Shown: positions 38,850 through 55,100 of the stretch, one piece after another
How the letters are laid out: every line of letters begins with the position of its first letter
How positions within the stretch are numbered: position 1 is the stretch's first letter
From: Candidatus Dojkabacteria bacterium
GTDB lineage: Bacteria; Patescibacteriota; Dojkabacteria; GCA-002793355
DNA: 64,000 bases
Assembly (NCBI GenBank): GCA_030583685.1
Contig: CP129470.1
Location: 340,345-404,344, forward strand
Reading direction: 5' to 3'
Made by a program: the position numbers and the translations under genes
The notes under the pieces: generated by a model
The model's input: the letters and a program-made list of their open reading frames with translations, nothing else
What the model was told of the DNA's origin: nothing
The model's database searches: none

Positions 38850-40754
38850 ATGAAGCGACCTAGCAAACGACAGATACTTCTTTTTAGTGTTGGAATAATC
38901 GGTACAATCGCATTATTAATGCTAGTCTTCGTGACGGTACAATTCATTTCAAAGCGCGCTTCTCATAATGGATCGATACAACTCCCTACGCCAACAGACA
39001 TTGTTGAAGAAGCTGAGGAGAAACGGCTTTATCCCTTACGGCCAATCATTCTACCAGTCGGTTATCAATTGAGCACCGAAGAAATAAACCTCCTTAAAAG
39101 CGAAGAAGTTACAGACATTATAATCGAAGACGAAACAGAAGAATACAAGTCCTATATCAGAAACATGCTCTTGACTAATCACCTTACAGGAATCTCACTT
39201 GAGAACTTTGCTTTATGCAAAGATGCTAACCTGGCAGTTTCTGACAACTCTGCTATCAATACCTTTATTATTCAGCAAAGTAGTAACAATAAAGAGTGCT
39301 TACCTGAGCACAAAAGAGGAAATATTTCAATTCTTGCATGCAACAAGGAGTCGCTTTTTTCGTGTTCACAACGGCTCATCGAACTCTCTGGTTCACTGCA
39401 TCCAGAATCCTATATATATTCTCCTCAATATCCGTTTCTTGCGGTTTACCAACAGCCTTCACTCACTGTGAATAACCCTTTTGGTACATATATCATTGAG
39501 TGGGATAAAGTTTCCTATCCATTCACCGTGACTTCATACAGTGTCGAAGTATTGACAACAAATAATGCAAGAGTGTTTGCAACAGGGAGAATCTCTACCC
39601 TTACCCGTGGTGATTATTTTATGCCAACACAAGAAATTGCGGATCAACCACTCATCACTCGGGTACGCTTTTGGGTTTCAGCAGCCGGCAAATCAATTCC
39701 AAACCCAATTGTTGTTGATAAACTATTTACCTTTAGTCAGTCACACCTCACAACGCAACCGCAAAATAATACCTCCACAGCTCCGCTTGAAATGAGTTGG
39801 ATTCCAGACTGGGGAATGACCGCAGGAATTACTTCAGTGCGTAATAATCCAAAAAAATGGCACACAATTTCTCCAACCTGGTTCGTTTTGAACAAGGATG
39901 GATCGCTTGGTAAGCGCCCAACAATAAATAATGCAACACTCACGAAGCTGCTTAAAGACAATCAAATCGTTTTACTCCCTACGATAGCGACTTTTGATCC
40001 TGATATTGTCAGTTCTATGCTCAATTCCCATATGGATAAGCACATCAAGGAAATTGTTGATACCGTTGTGAAAAATAATTACGCGGGCATCGATCTCGAT
40101 TACGAAAGCACTTATCTGAAAGACAAAGAATTACTCATTACTTTTGTCGAAAAACTGGCAGAGGAACTTCATAAAAAAGGGAAAAAGCTCTCATTTACCG
40201 CACTTCCCAAAATTGATGACCGGGAAATCTACAGTTTTCTTCCAGAAACGCATCAGGCGCAAGACTGGCGACGAATTGGTGCAGCGGTCGACGAATTTCG
40301 CATTATGGCCTACGATTTTACGGGGCAAGGAAGTAAACAGCCCGGTCCACTCTCTCCTATCTACTGGAATGAGACACTTATACGCTACGCAATCGCCCAA
40401 ATGCCCGCAGAAAAAGTTGTACTTGCCCTCCCTTTGTATTCACACGGATGGCCAAAACCAAAAAGCTCAAATCTTGCTGGGGCGAACAATGATCAATCGC
40501 TACACTCAGGAGAATTGAAAAACACCATATCTCTGCAACATTCAAATATTGACTACATAAAGCGCAACACCAGAACATATACAGAAGCATACGATAATTG
40601 GAACAAAGAGATGCGTGCAGAGTTCACGTATAACGGAGTTGAACGGGTGATGTATTATTTAGACAAAACAGCAGTAGAAGAACGTCTTGAATTAGCAAAG
40701 AAATACGGCATCAAGGGTGTTTGTTACTGGAGAATTGGCGGAGAAAGGTTGTAA
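38850..40754 (+). CDS. membrane-anchored glycoside hydrolase family 18-like protein (chitinase/lysozyme-like fold) with ~300-aa N-terminal region of unknown function
   Basis: TM 'ILLFSVGIIGTIALLMLVFVTV'. GH18 catalytic-strand motif 'YAGIDLDYES' (DxDxE). Start set to the ATG at 38850 (MKRPSKRQ), because the ORF-track TTG start at 38823 would overlap the 5S promoter. Confidence 0.5.
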   Translation: MKRPSKRQILLFSVGIIGTIALLMLVFVTVQFISKRASHNGSIQLPTPTDIVEEAEEKRLYPLRPIILPVGYQLSTEEINLLKSEEVTDIIIEDETEEYKSYIRNMLLTNHLTGISLENFALCKDANLAVSDNSAINTFIIQQSSNNKECLPEHKRGNISILACNKESLFSCSQRLIELSGSLHPESYIYSPQYPFLAVYQQPSLTVNNPFGTYIIEWDKVSYPFTVTSYSVEVLTTNNARVFATGRISTLTRGDYFMPTQEIADQPLITRVRFWVSAAGKSIPNPIVVDKLFTFSQSHLTTQPQNNTSTAPLEMSWIPDWGMTAGITSVRNNPKKWHTISPTWFVLNKDGSLGKRPTINNATLTKLLKDNQIVLLPTIATFDPDIVSSMLNSHMDKHIKEIVDTVVKNNYAGIDLDYESTYLKDKELLITFVEKLAEELHKKGKKLSFTALPKIDDREIYSFLPETHQAQDWRRIGAAVDEFRIMAYDFTGQGSKQPGPLSPIYWNETLIRYAIAQMPAEKVVLALPLYSHGWPKPKSSNLAGANNDQSLHSGELKNTISLQHSNIDYIKRNTRTYTEAYDNWNKEMRAEFTYNGVERVMYYLDKTAVEERLELAKKYGIKGVCYWRIGGERL

Positions 40755-40805
40755 ATTTTGAGCCAGGAGACTACACTCCTGCGATGTAATTACTTGATGA
40801 TGTCG

Positions 40806-42578
40806 TCAATTATCTATGTGTTTCTGAAATCCGCCACTCTGAATATCCCAAAGCCTTGAGTACAACCCTTTCTTTTTAATCAATTGCTCGTGAGTTCCAC
40901 TTTCAACAACTTTTCCTCCATCTATTACCAAAATATTGTCACTATTGATTATTGTACTCAGTCTATGAGCAATAACAATCGTTGTTGTATCCTTACTCAA
41001 CTCTGCAAACGCTTTTTTAATAGCCTGCTCACTTTCGCTGTCTAACATACTCGTTGCTTCATCAAAGATGACGATCTTAGGCATTTTCAGCAAAACTCTG
41101 GCAATCGCAATGCGCTGTTTCTGTCCTCCACTTAGTTTAATACCTCTTTCGCCAACGACAGTATCGAATTGTTGTGGCAAACTCATGATAAAGTCGTACA
41201 CACACGCTCTTTTACTTGCCTCAATAATTTGGTCTCGATAATCCTCAATCCTTTCAGGATCAGAGCACAGTGCATATCCAATGTTGAACAAGATACTTTT
41301 ATTAAACAAGGATGGTTCTTGCGGAACAATTCCAATAGATTTCTTTAGATACGTCAGTGGGAACTTTCGAATATCAACATCATCAATATAAACACCTCCC
41401 CTCTTGACATCGTAATATCGCATCAGTAACTTGACTGTAGTGCTTTTTCCACCACCTGAAGGTCCAACTAAAGCAATGTTTTGCTTTGGTTTTACTAGAA
41501 AACTTAAGCCTCGAAGAATGTTTCTCCTCTTATCATAGCCAAACATTACATCTTTAAATTCCACCTTTCCCTTCAGATTCTTAATTATAACTGGGGCAGT
41601 AGACTCCACCACTGTATTTTTTTCATTAATAAGGTTAAAAAGGTCCTCAGCAACGGGAAGATTCTTGAGAATATCACGCATAGTGAACACTACTCCGAGA
41701 AGACGTCCCACTAACTGGATAAGGTAGGTCAGCACAACAATAAACGCACCAAGAGATAATTCCCCAAGTTTAAAATAATGATTTGACAATACTGCCACTA
41801 CAACAAACGTAATCACTCCGATTAATCGAGTAACAAAATCAATTAGTCTAAAGGTATTCTCGTATTGGTCCATTGCAAATTTCCATTTGCCAACACTACT
41901 CTCTACATGACTCGATTCATCTGCTTCTCTGCTAAATATTCGGATTGTTTCGTAATTATTAATACCATCAAGTATTAAATCCGTTCGTGCGTACTCAGTA
42001 TCTTTTACTTTTCTTCTACGATGTATGTTCATTCTCAATGTTTTCAAAAGTATCGGCATTGAAAGTAATAGAATTACCATCATCGCAATACCCAGCTCAG
42101 GCTTAATCACATAGACAAGGATAATAGGAATAATATACCCAGCAAGGCTTTCAATAAGCAACCACTCCGCTTGCCATACAAAAAGAAATATTGTCGAATG
42201 CGCAGTTATTATCATCGAAGCAATTTTTCCTGTTTTTTTAGCAGTATGGAACGCATGATCTAGCGTAATAACTCTCTTATAAGCAGCGTTAATGATATCT
42301 CGTGAAATTGAAGAAAATAATCTAGATTTGATAAAAAAAGCGAATGGTTCGATAATCAAAGGTAAGGAAATAGTCAAGGTTATCAATAACAACGCGCTAA
42401 GCACCTGCTGATTTCCAACCGAAATTCTATCTATTAAATCACCAACTACAAAAATAGTAATGTTGTAAGCAATCAACAATGCGAGTACTCCAAGCCATGA
42501 CAGAATGTAAAAGAATCTGTAGGGTTTTGTGTATTTTAAGTACTCTAAATATACTTGGAAAAGACGTTTCATTTGCAA
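40806..42578 (-). CDS. ABC exporter, fused permease/ATPase (MsbA-like half transporter)
   Basis: Six N-terminal TM helices. Walker A 'GPSGGGKST'. Signature 'LSGGQKQRIAIARVLL'. Walker B 'IVIFDEATSMLD'. Confidence 0.85.
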   Translation of the reverse strand: MQMKRLFQVYLEYLKYTKPYRFFYILSWLGVLALLIAYNITIFVVGDLIDRISVGNQQVLSALLLITLTISLPLIIEPFAFFIKSRLFSSISRDIINAAYKRVITLDHAFHTAKKTGKIASMIITAHSTIFLFVWQAEWLLIESLAGYIIPIILVYVIKPELGIAMMVILLLSMPILLKTLRMNIHRRRKVKDTEYARTDLILDGINNYETIRIFSREADESSHVESSVGKWKFAMDQYENTFRLIDFVTRLIGVITFVVVAVLSNHYFKLGELSLGAFIVVLTYLIQLVGRLLGVVFTMRDILKNLPVAEDLFNLINEKNTVVESTAPVIIKNLKGKVEFKDVMFGYDKRRNILRGLSFLVKPKQNIALVGPSGGGKSTTVKLLMRYYDVKRGGVYIDDVDIRKFPLTYLKKSIGIVPQEPSLFNKSILFNIGYALCSDPERIEDYRDQIIEASKRACVYDFIMSLPQQFDTVVGERGIKLSGGQKQRIAIARVLLKMPKIVIFDEATSMLDSESEQAIKKAFAELSKDTTTIVIAHRLSTIINSDNILVIDGGKVVESGTHEQLIKKKGLYSRLWDIQSGGFQKHIDN

Positions 42579-42608
42579 ACCAATAATAAAATGTCTTGGA
42601 TTATAGCA

Positions 42609-43208
42609 CTATTTTTTGAACTCTTTCCCAAAAATACGTTTATAAGACTTCAAAATCGTAATCTTGTGCTCTGGTGGATACTCAGATAAAACTCTATGCA
42701 GCCTTTCTTCAAGTGTTTCAAGCCCCATCTCCTCCCTTCTTTTAGCCAATTCTTCTGGTTTTTCAATCTCGTAAATTTCGTATCCTTCACCACGATCTAA
42801 AAAATATTGTCCGTATATTTGCGGAATTCCTCTTTGCATATTCATCGCATCAATCCAATTTGCCAATCGTTTTCCATCTATATTTGATTTATCTTCATCA
42901 AAAAGTTTTTTAGCCATTTCTAAGAGTTTGACCGAAGTATCGATATCTCGTGAATGTTGTGCAATTAAAATAGCTGCATATGCAGCTTCCTCGCCAACTT
43001 TCGGGATTGTTGGCCATCCAATAGACTCTACAATTGATAGTAATTCAATCAGGTTCTTTTTATCAATTTCTTCTTGAAGCAATCTTATTTCTGGACCACC
43101 GGTAATCCATTCACTTCTATATTGTTGATCGAGTTCTTTCAATTCTAGTAACTTTTTTGCTGCTTGCTTGTTATTCATACATTGAATTATACCACCCGAT
43201 TGCGTCAA
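42609..43208 (-). CDS. hypothetical soluble protein (199 aa)
   Basis: Uninterrupted ORF with ordinary composition, positioned between the ABC exporter and the 23S 3' end. I recognise no family. Confidence 0.5.
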   Translation of the reverse strand: MTQSGGIIQCMNNKQAAKKLLELKELDQQYRSEWITGGPEIRLLQEEIDKKNLIELLSIVESIGWPTIPKVGEEAAYAAILIAQHSRDIDTSVKLLEMAKKLFDEDKSNIDGKRLANWIDAMNMQRGIPQIYGQYFLDRGEGYEIYEIEKPEELAKRREEMGLETLEERLHRVLSEYPPEHKITILKSYKRIFGKEFKK

Positions 43209-43397
43209 AAACCACCGAGCTAGTCGGTAAACGAATTCACAAACGTGAATTTTGGATAACTAAAAAGAATCATTCGCTTTACTATTCGTAAAGTATGAAT
43301 TCCTTAGTATTAATCATTAAGAATGGAAACTTAATGCTCAGCCCAAAAAGACTTTGCACAAGTACATTAATAATTGAATAGGTATGTGACCAAACAA

Positions 43398-46544
<3,147 letters not shown>

Positions 46545-46909
46545 TAATTCAATTGTTAATGAACTATTGACTTTCGTCAGTCAATTCGTAAAAGAATTGA
46601 GGAATTTTCTCAAGAGAAAACTCCAGTATTCCTTCACTCTCTGCGTTTACGAGCAATCGTAAGCAGATTTTATTCGAACCCCTTTAGTGTGTCAACATCA
46701 ATTTAGGTTCGAAAAAATATCTCCTTCTGAGTGCAGAAGTTCACGCGCGAGCGTGGGATGCCTCTGCTTCGAGGTATTTTATCAAATTTCCGAGGTGTGT
46801 GCAATGCTTTTTGGCTCCGTTATATTGGTTGCCCGCATTATTTGTTGAATGTAGCGTCTTGTGCAGTGTAGTCCCCATTCTTTCGATCTCTGAACCCTGT
46901 TACAGATTC

Positions 46910-46982
46910 TGGACCTGAGGGGATTCGAACCCCTGACAACCCGCATGCAAAGCGGGTGCTCTACCAACTGAGCTACAGGCCC
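46910..46982 (-). tRNA. tRNA-Ala (anticodon TGC)
   Basis: GGGCCTG-TA-GCTC-AGTTGGTA-GAGC-A-CCCGC-TTTGCAT-GCGGG-TTGTC-AGGGG-TTCGAAT-CCCCT-CAGGTCC-A. The G3:U70 alanine identity pair is present. No CCA is encoded. Confidence 0.9.
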
Positions 46983-46995
46983 GAGTCCCAAAGAA

Positions 46996-47067
46996 TGGGC
47001 ATGCTTGGGGTCGAACCAAGGACCACTGCATTATCAGTACAGTGCTCTACCACTGAGCTACATGCCC
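46996..47067 (-). tRNA. tRNA-Ile (anticodon GAT)
   Basis: GGGCATG-TA-GCTC-AGTGGTA-GAGC-A-CTGTA-CTGATAA-TGCAG-TGGTC-CTTGG-TTCGACC-CCAAG-CATGCCC-A. Lies in the 16S-23S spacer. Confidence 0.9.
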
Positions 47068-47111
47068 CTTAACAATCCTGGTGTGGCGAGAAAACCGCTC
47101 ATCTTCTCCGA

Positions 47112-48655
<1,544 letters not shown>

Positions 48656-48940
48656 GGAGTCATTGACTCATGATCGAACCTGCGACATAATCGCGTTTTC
48701 GATTTATTGTTTTCTTGGGTTCGCAGAACTGAACAAACTAAGTTTATTCAGGAACGAAGTTCCAAGAAGGCAATTGCATTCATTACTCTTACGAATAACA
48801 AATACAAATTGTTTTCTTCAGTCATAATACTGCCGAAGCAGTACTACAACCTCCGATTTGTAGTATTTCTACTGAATTGGTGCGGTTTCCCGCCACACCT
48901 CGATTGTCAAGGAGCAACCCTAAGAGGGTAAATGTTCGTA

Positions 48941-48969
48941 ATTCTAACACAAACGATTGTAGTGTCAAA
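48941..48969 (-). promoter_or_regulatory. candidate rRNA operon promoter (TTGACA-17 nt-TAGAAT) with AT-rich upstream element
   Basis: Minus-strand read 'TTGACActacaatcgtttgtgtTAGAAT', about 290 nt upstream of the 16S 5' end. Upstream is 'taaatgataaatattcggtaat'. Confidence 0.4.
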
Positions 48970-49149
48970 TTACCGAATATTTATCATTTAGGGGATCAAC
49001 GCTTCTTATTTTTTTCTTAAGAGCAAGGGAATTATACACCGAGAATTAAGGTCAAGTCAAGGGCAGGATGCAAAATAGCAGGAACGTGAAGGAATACTCT
49101 GATAATTGATTGCCCAGACGGGCTTTTCGAGAGTGTCTCGAGAACCTGC

Positions 49150-52100
49150 TTACTCGCTTACATTGACCACATACCACCCAACACTCACACCTTCACTTTG
49201 AGGAGCAGCCAACCGAAGGACAAAACCTCCCTCAAAGGGTTCAACTGCAACTACAACTGCCTTGTTAGGTGTTACTACAACAATAGATTCTTCGGTGACC
49301 AACAGTGACTCAACGGTAAACTCGGTTTCCCCCGCGTCAATGATTACACGTCCAGCTTGCTGGTCAGAGACAATAAGATTATTTACCTTGACCCCCTCAA
49401 CAGAGGCCTCAAGAGCAGTTTCCCCATCAACCGTAATCGCAAAACGATCACTTCCTTCAAGCGTAATCGTTACTGCACCTCCAATACCCTTAATTGTTGG
49501 TGTCGAAATAACAGAAGCAAGTACAGTACCAGACGTTGTCATATTTCCTTCATCATCTACAAAGAAGAGATCATTAACCGCAAGTGTGCGGGTTCGAAGC
49601 ACATTAATTTCTGCGGTTGTCGCTGTTACGTTTGGAACAATAATTCCATGAGTCGATTGTATCGTTGTATCAGTAACCTGATTCCACCCCGCACTTACCG
49701 TTCCAGCAGTTGCAATAGCGGTTTCTGCAGCACCATTCTTAACAAAGATAAGCACCTTCTTCACTTTCTTCCCTCCTACGGTATCAGTTACTGTGGACCA
49801 ATCTATCGCTTCTTGGGCTACAGCAACAACACCAGAACCATCCTTTTGCGCATATCCAGGCAAAGTTGAAGAAATACTCAGTAAGTCACCAACAACAACG
49901 TTGCCACCCGATCCCTCTTCTATCCACGCATATGAAGGACCGAATGTTGCAACAAGATATGGATTCCCTGTTTCATCGTACGGTGTTCTCTGAGCTTCAG
50001 GACCTGTGGCAACACCCAGGAAAGTATTTTTGTTCGCCTGTGCTGCTGCCGTTAAGGCATGAATTACTCTATTCCTTTCATCTACACCTAGTTGCGTTGC
50101 ACCTGAGTATGAGACCAACAGGCCATCTTCAATTTCTGCCTCAGAACCTCCCGCCATATACATCGTCTCAGTGAAACGCACAGGATCATCAAAAATCTCA
50201 ATAATAGGATTCTCCATTTCTTCAAGCACACTTTCAGGTAGTTCGGCGTCTGCTGGTGGGTCATCCTGCCAAATCTCTATTGAGTCTACACGCAACTGTT
50301 TAAGCACTGCTTCATTGGTAACAATTGAGATTTCGAATTCATGGACTACTGATGTTGGAGGCAAATTTGTTGAATGATCAGCAACAAGACGACCATCAAT
50401 AAAGAATCGAGCACTTGTTGCAGTCGTCTCAACTCGCAATATATTCATTGGCAACCCAGTCGCAGGAGTCACTCCCGTATTTGTGGTTGTTGCATTACTG
50501 GCATCAGTTCTTGATACGGCTTGCCATGCGCCACCGTTTGTAGAAAGGAAGTAGGCACCCGATGTTGGAACAGCACCTGTTGAAACGGTACGCTGCATAA
50601 ACCCAACATAGACTACTGAAGTTGCCGCACTCGGCAAGTTTACCTCTGTTTCAAACACTGGGTTATACGCCGTTGAAATTTGATTCACATTGTTGAAATC
50701 AATAAGACAAGCGTTTCCTGATGTTTCCCCCGTTTGCAATTGCACGACACCATTAACAGCTCCGCTGACGAACGATGCCGTACATGCACTATTGATTCCC
50801 AAGCGTAGTCCTTCCCACCAGTTTGCAGTATTTGCAGTAACGTTTGCTCGTGAGCCAATAAAATCTGTAAAGAAATAATGCCATGACTGGTTTATTCTTC
50901 CATCAACAGATAGTGTATCTAGTGGTGGCTTCGCTGCTGATGTTCCAATGCTGACATTTGAAGACTCATTAAAGGTTGTACTTGAATAGCTTCCGGTCAC
51001 CGTAATTCCCGTGTCATCAAAGGTTAAAGGTTGCGTTGCTTCTACATATCCTATGAAGCCGGTTGTGTTTGGTGAGGTTGCTGCTGTTGTTCTGAAAATT
51101 CGATACCCCACTGCTCCTGGAACGGCTGTCCAGGTTATCGTATTGTAGTTTGCTCCTGTAAGAGTTGCAGGAGCACTCGTCCTTGTTCCTTCGGCAGAAA
51201 GAATTGTTTCATTCCCATGTGCATTAACCGCCGAAACTCGATATCTCCAGGTTGCGGCACCTGAACTGGTTCCTCCGACACTCGGTGCTGCCGGTGTCTG
51301 CAAGCCCATAAAAGAAGCCCCACCATAAAAGGCAGAACTTCCTGTTACCGCAAGCGTATTTGTGTACACCTCGACCGCTGTATCATTTCCGTTATCAGAA
51401 AATGCGACGTCAACTGTTAACGAGGTATCAGAAGCAATACTTACGACAGTTCGAATTTCTCCTGAAACAACAATTCTGTCGCCAACACTAACTTCAGCAA
51501 GAAAGCGCGTCCCAACTCCTGTTACTGCAGTCGACGCAATTGGATCAATCGACCCCGTAAGGGTGCGAATGGAAGCACCATATACCTCTAACGTTGCTCT
51601 TGGTTCCGCTATACCCACACCTACGCGACCATTCGAGAGGGTATCACCAGTTCCATCTAGTCCTCTTCCATAAATCATATTTCCAATATTGAGCGTATTC
51701 GACTCCGTCAAGGAAACTGCATTAATGTCTGTTCCAATCACAATATTTCGAGACCCGGTTGTGATATTGTCTCCTGCGCGATATCCGAGCAGGACATTTC
51801 CTGAACCGGTCGACACATCATACCCCGCCGCGAACCCAACTGCGACATTATTGTTACCGTCTAAGTCGTTCGCAGGGTCAAGACTATATAACGCATTCAT
51901 TCCCAATGCAGTATTCTGCAAACCGTAGCGATTACTGAGTAACGATTGAACACCGAGTGCTGTATTGTTATAGCCGGTTTCATTCCCGGATAGAGCACTT
52001 GATCCAACCGCCGTATTGTAAAATCCATCCACATTACCATCCAAGGCAAAACTCCCCAGAGCAGTATTATTATACCCAGTTTCATTTGTATAGAGAGCAG

Positions 52101-55100
52101 AAATACCGACGGCAGTGTTTTCTGAGCCAGTGGTGTTTGCCATTAGTACTTGTGCACCAACTGCTGTATTAAATTCCCCAGTGTTCGCTATCAAGGTATA
52201 ATGACCAACACCTGTATTTAAGGTGCCAGAAACGTTGGATTGTAAGGAATTTGCACCTATGGCAACATTACCACTACCGTCAACATTTTCATATAACGCC
52301 CACCCACCGATTGCAATATTTTCCCAATTATCATTCTTGTACAACGCATTATATCCAAGCGCGATATTATAGTTCCCCCCCCCACTCACTGCCATTGCGC
52401 TGTTTCCGATTGCAATATTATTATCAGCGTCATTTGACTCTGCCAATGCATAATTACCAATTCCAATATTCCCACTGCTCGTCTGTGAATTAGCGAGGAC
52501 ATAGTTTCCAATTGCAATATTTTGCGATGCTTGTATGGCATTGCTTAAATTTTCAATACCAATAACAACATTTCTGTAAACATCAGCACTGCTGTTATTC
52601 GACAATGAACTATACCCAATGAATACATTCTTCGAGAAATCGTCTCCAAGTCCAATCAATGAATCTCCCTTAAGGTCATAGAGAGCGAAGGCAGGCTGTG
52701 CATTCAAAACCTCAACTACAGAAACATCATCTATCGTAAACGTTCCTCCCGTAATGCCATTCCATAATCCAAAGGTCACGGTGTGTGAACCACTGAGTTT
52801 GGCCTTAAAATATTTCACAACCGTTCCATTCCCTGTCACCGGGACTTCAGCACCATCATTCCCACCATTTGACCACCAGTACATGCCATCATTTGCAATA
52901 CCCGAAATAGTAAACTCAATCTTATATATTTTTCCAATCTCAGTCACAATTGAAGTACTTATTTCTGGCCAATCTTCATGCAAACCTTCATCATACGCAA
53001 TGGTTACGGCATTACTACCATAAGTAGCAGAGTCTGCGAGTGTCCATCCGGTAGCACTTCCGGTAAAAGTGCCGTTCGTCACCAATTCTGAGCCATATGC
53101 AGATACTGTACTATCAATGACGAGCTTTGCGTCTCCAGAAGATGCTCCAAAACTTACCCTGCCACTTGTCTTATCAAGAAACAGCAAATCATTCAAAAAC
53201 GAAATGCTTCCATTGCTCGTGCTATCAGTATCAAATCTAAGAACATTATTCTCAGCATCATAGGAAATCATTCCCTGGTCTGAGGAGGAAGCACCGATAT
53301 AAATGGTGTCACCACCAAGATAGAGATCTCGGAAGCGATACGCATCAGAACCAAGGTCATAGGTATTGTTTGCACTTGGCCCAATATGTCCTGCGACTTC
53401 GAGTTTGAAATTACTCGCGGTTGTCCCGATTCCCACATTTCCGCCAGCGGTAATCGACATCTTTTCTGTATTATTGGTTATGAATGACAATCCGTAATTA
53501 TCAGTAGTCCCGAGAACTCCGGTTTCACCAAAGGCATTGCCTCCAAGTTCATAACAATCAGTACATTCTCCCCCTCCTCCGCCACCTACAACGCCAGTGC
53601 CTATCGCATTTAATCGAACATTTTGCGTAATTCCTGAGTAGTTATACAAACGAACATTGTTTGCATCCAACTGTTCGATTCTGAATCCCGATTGCCCAAG
53701 CCAACTAACTCCATATTGCGTCACAAAGGTAGAGGTTTTTGCGTTGGTTCGGGCAAATTCAAAGCGCATCTTCAATTCATTTCCAGAAGCAGAGAAAATA
53801 CACGAATACTCTGTTTCAGGCGGATACACCTCTGCATTTGTTGAAACAACAGTACATGTCGCAAAGGTACTGCCATCGTCAACCGAAGCTTTTACGGTAA
53901 TGGTATTACCAGAATCATCGGCATCGGTTACCCCCTTTACCCAAACGACTGCTGACGCAATATTTTTTGGCAATTCATACATCTTAGATTCATAGACTGC
54001 GCTATTTAATGTTGTTTGATTGTCTGGACCGATAATTTTTGCTCCATCAGTTAATGACGCGACCAACTCAAGATGGTCACCCACCAAAACAGAAGACGTA
54101 TTCTGATTTACCAATACTGGACCACCTGTAGGTACATTTGCAGACGAACCATACGTCTTGATATTAGTGTCCGCATTGAGTTGTATTTTACTGACTCTCC
54201 CATTGCTCGTGTGATTTGTACCAACATACATATATTGACGTTGCTTGTCGATTGCAACATCTCCAATAACATTTGATGTTCCGCCAAGTTGTTGGTTTGT
54301 ATCTGCACCTCCGCCACCAAAGATTGTTCCATGACTTTGCAATGCACGAGATCCTGTTTCATACATTTTGCGAACATCAGCTCCACTAATCTCTGTTGCC
54401 GTCACAAATATTTCATCGAGATACCCATTGAAATACTGGACTGCAGCATTCGCATGGCGACCGATATAAAAACTTTGTGTTACATCCATGATTCCACTCG
54501 AATATGCGACGGAATCTTCTAAAACACCATTAATGTACAGGTTTAGACGAGTTCCTGTATAAACGGTTACTACATGATACCAGGTATCAAGTGCAATCGT
54601 TGTTTTGCTTGTTACAGCGTTACCTGAGGAGTTGTTTAAGGCCTGTGACAAAATTTGATTACTACTATTAAGCGTTGTTATATACCCTCCATTATTCGAA
54701 GCATTAACATTAAAACTTTTCGACATCACCACACGACTGGTTCCCGCTCCCCCTTTCGCCTGAATCCAACCACCCCATGCCCATGCGCCAGAACCGGTAT
54801 AGTCAAGTTTTGAGGTACCACCACAGGAGGCATCAGTACAATAGTAGGCTTGATTGGTTCCGTTGTAACTACCTGCCTCACCTCTGACACCAGATACTGC
54901 CGTTACGGGACCACTTTCATTTGTTAATGTGTTTCCTCTCCCTGATAAATCTCCGTTCATCTGCCACATACCACGAATATCACCAAACATTTCTTCCGAA
55001 ATATTACTTGTTGTATAGTATTTTGCCGATCCAAACTTTTCTGTCCCCCCATCGTTTGCTGTAGCGATTGAATTTCCACTGTTCTCCTGAATAACCGTAA

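Noticed and set aside
38665-38853. 62-aa ORF 'MGNKKAWRRPIFPGEK...'.
   Set aside because: It is the sense-strand reading across the minus-strand 5S rRNA gene and its promoter, so it is not a protein gene.
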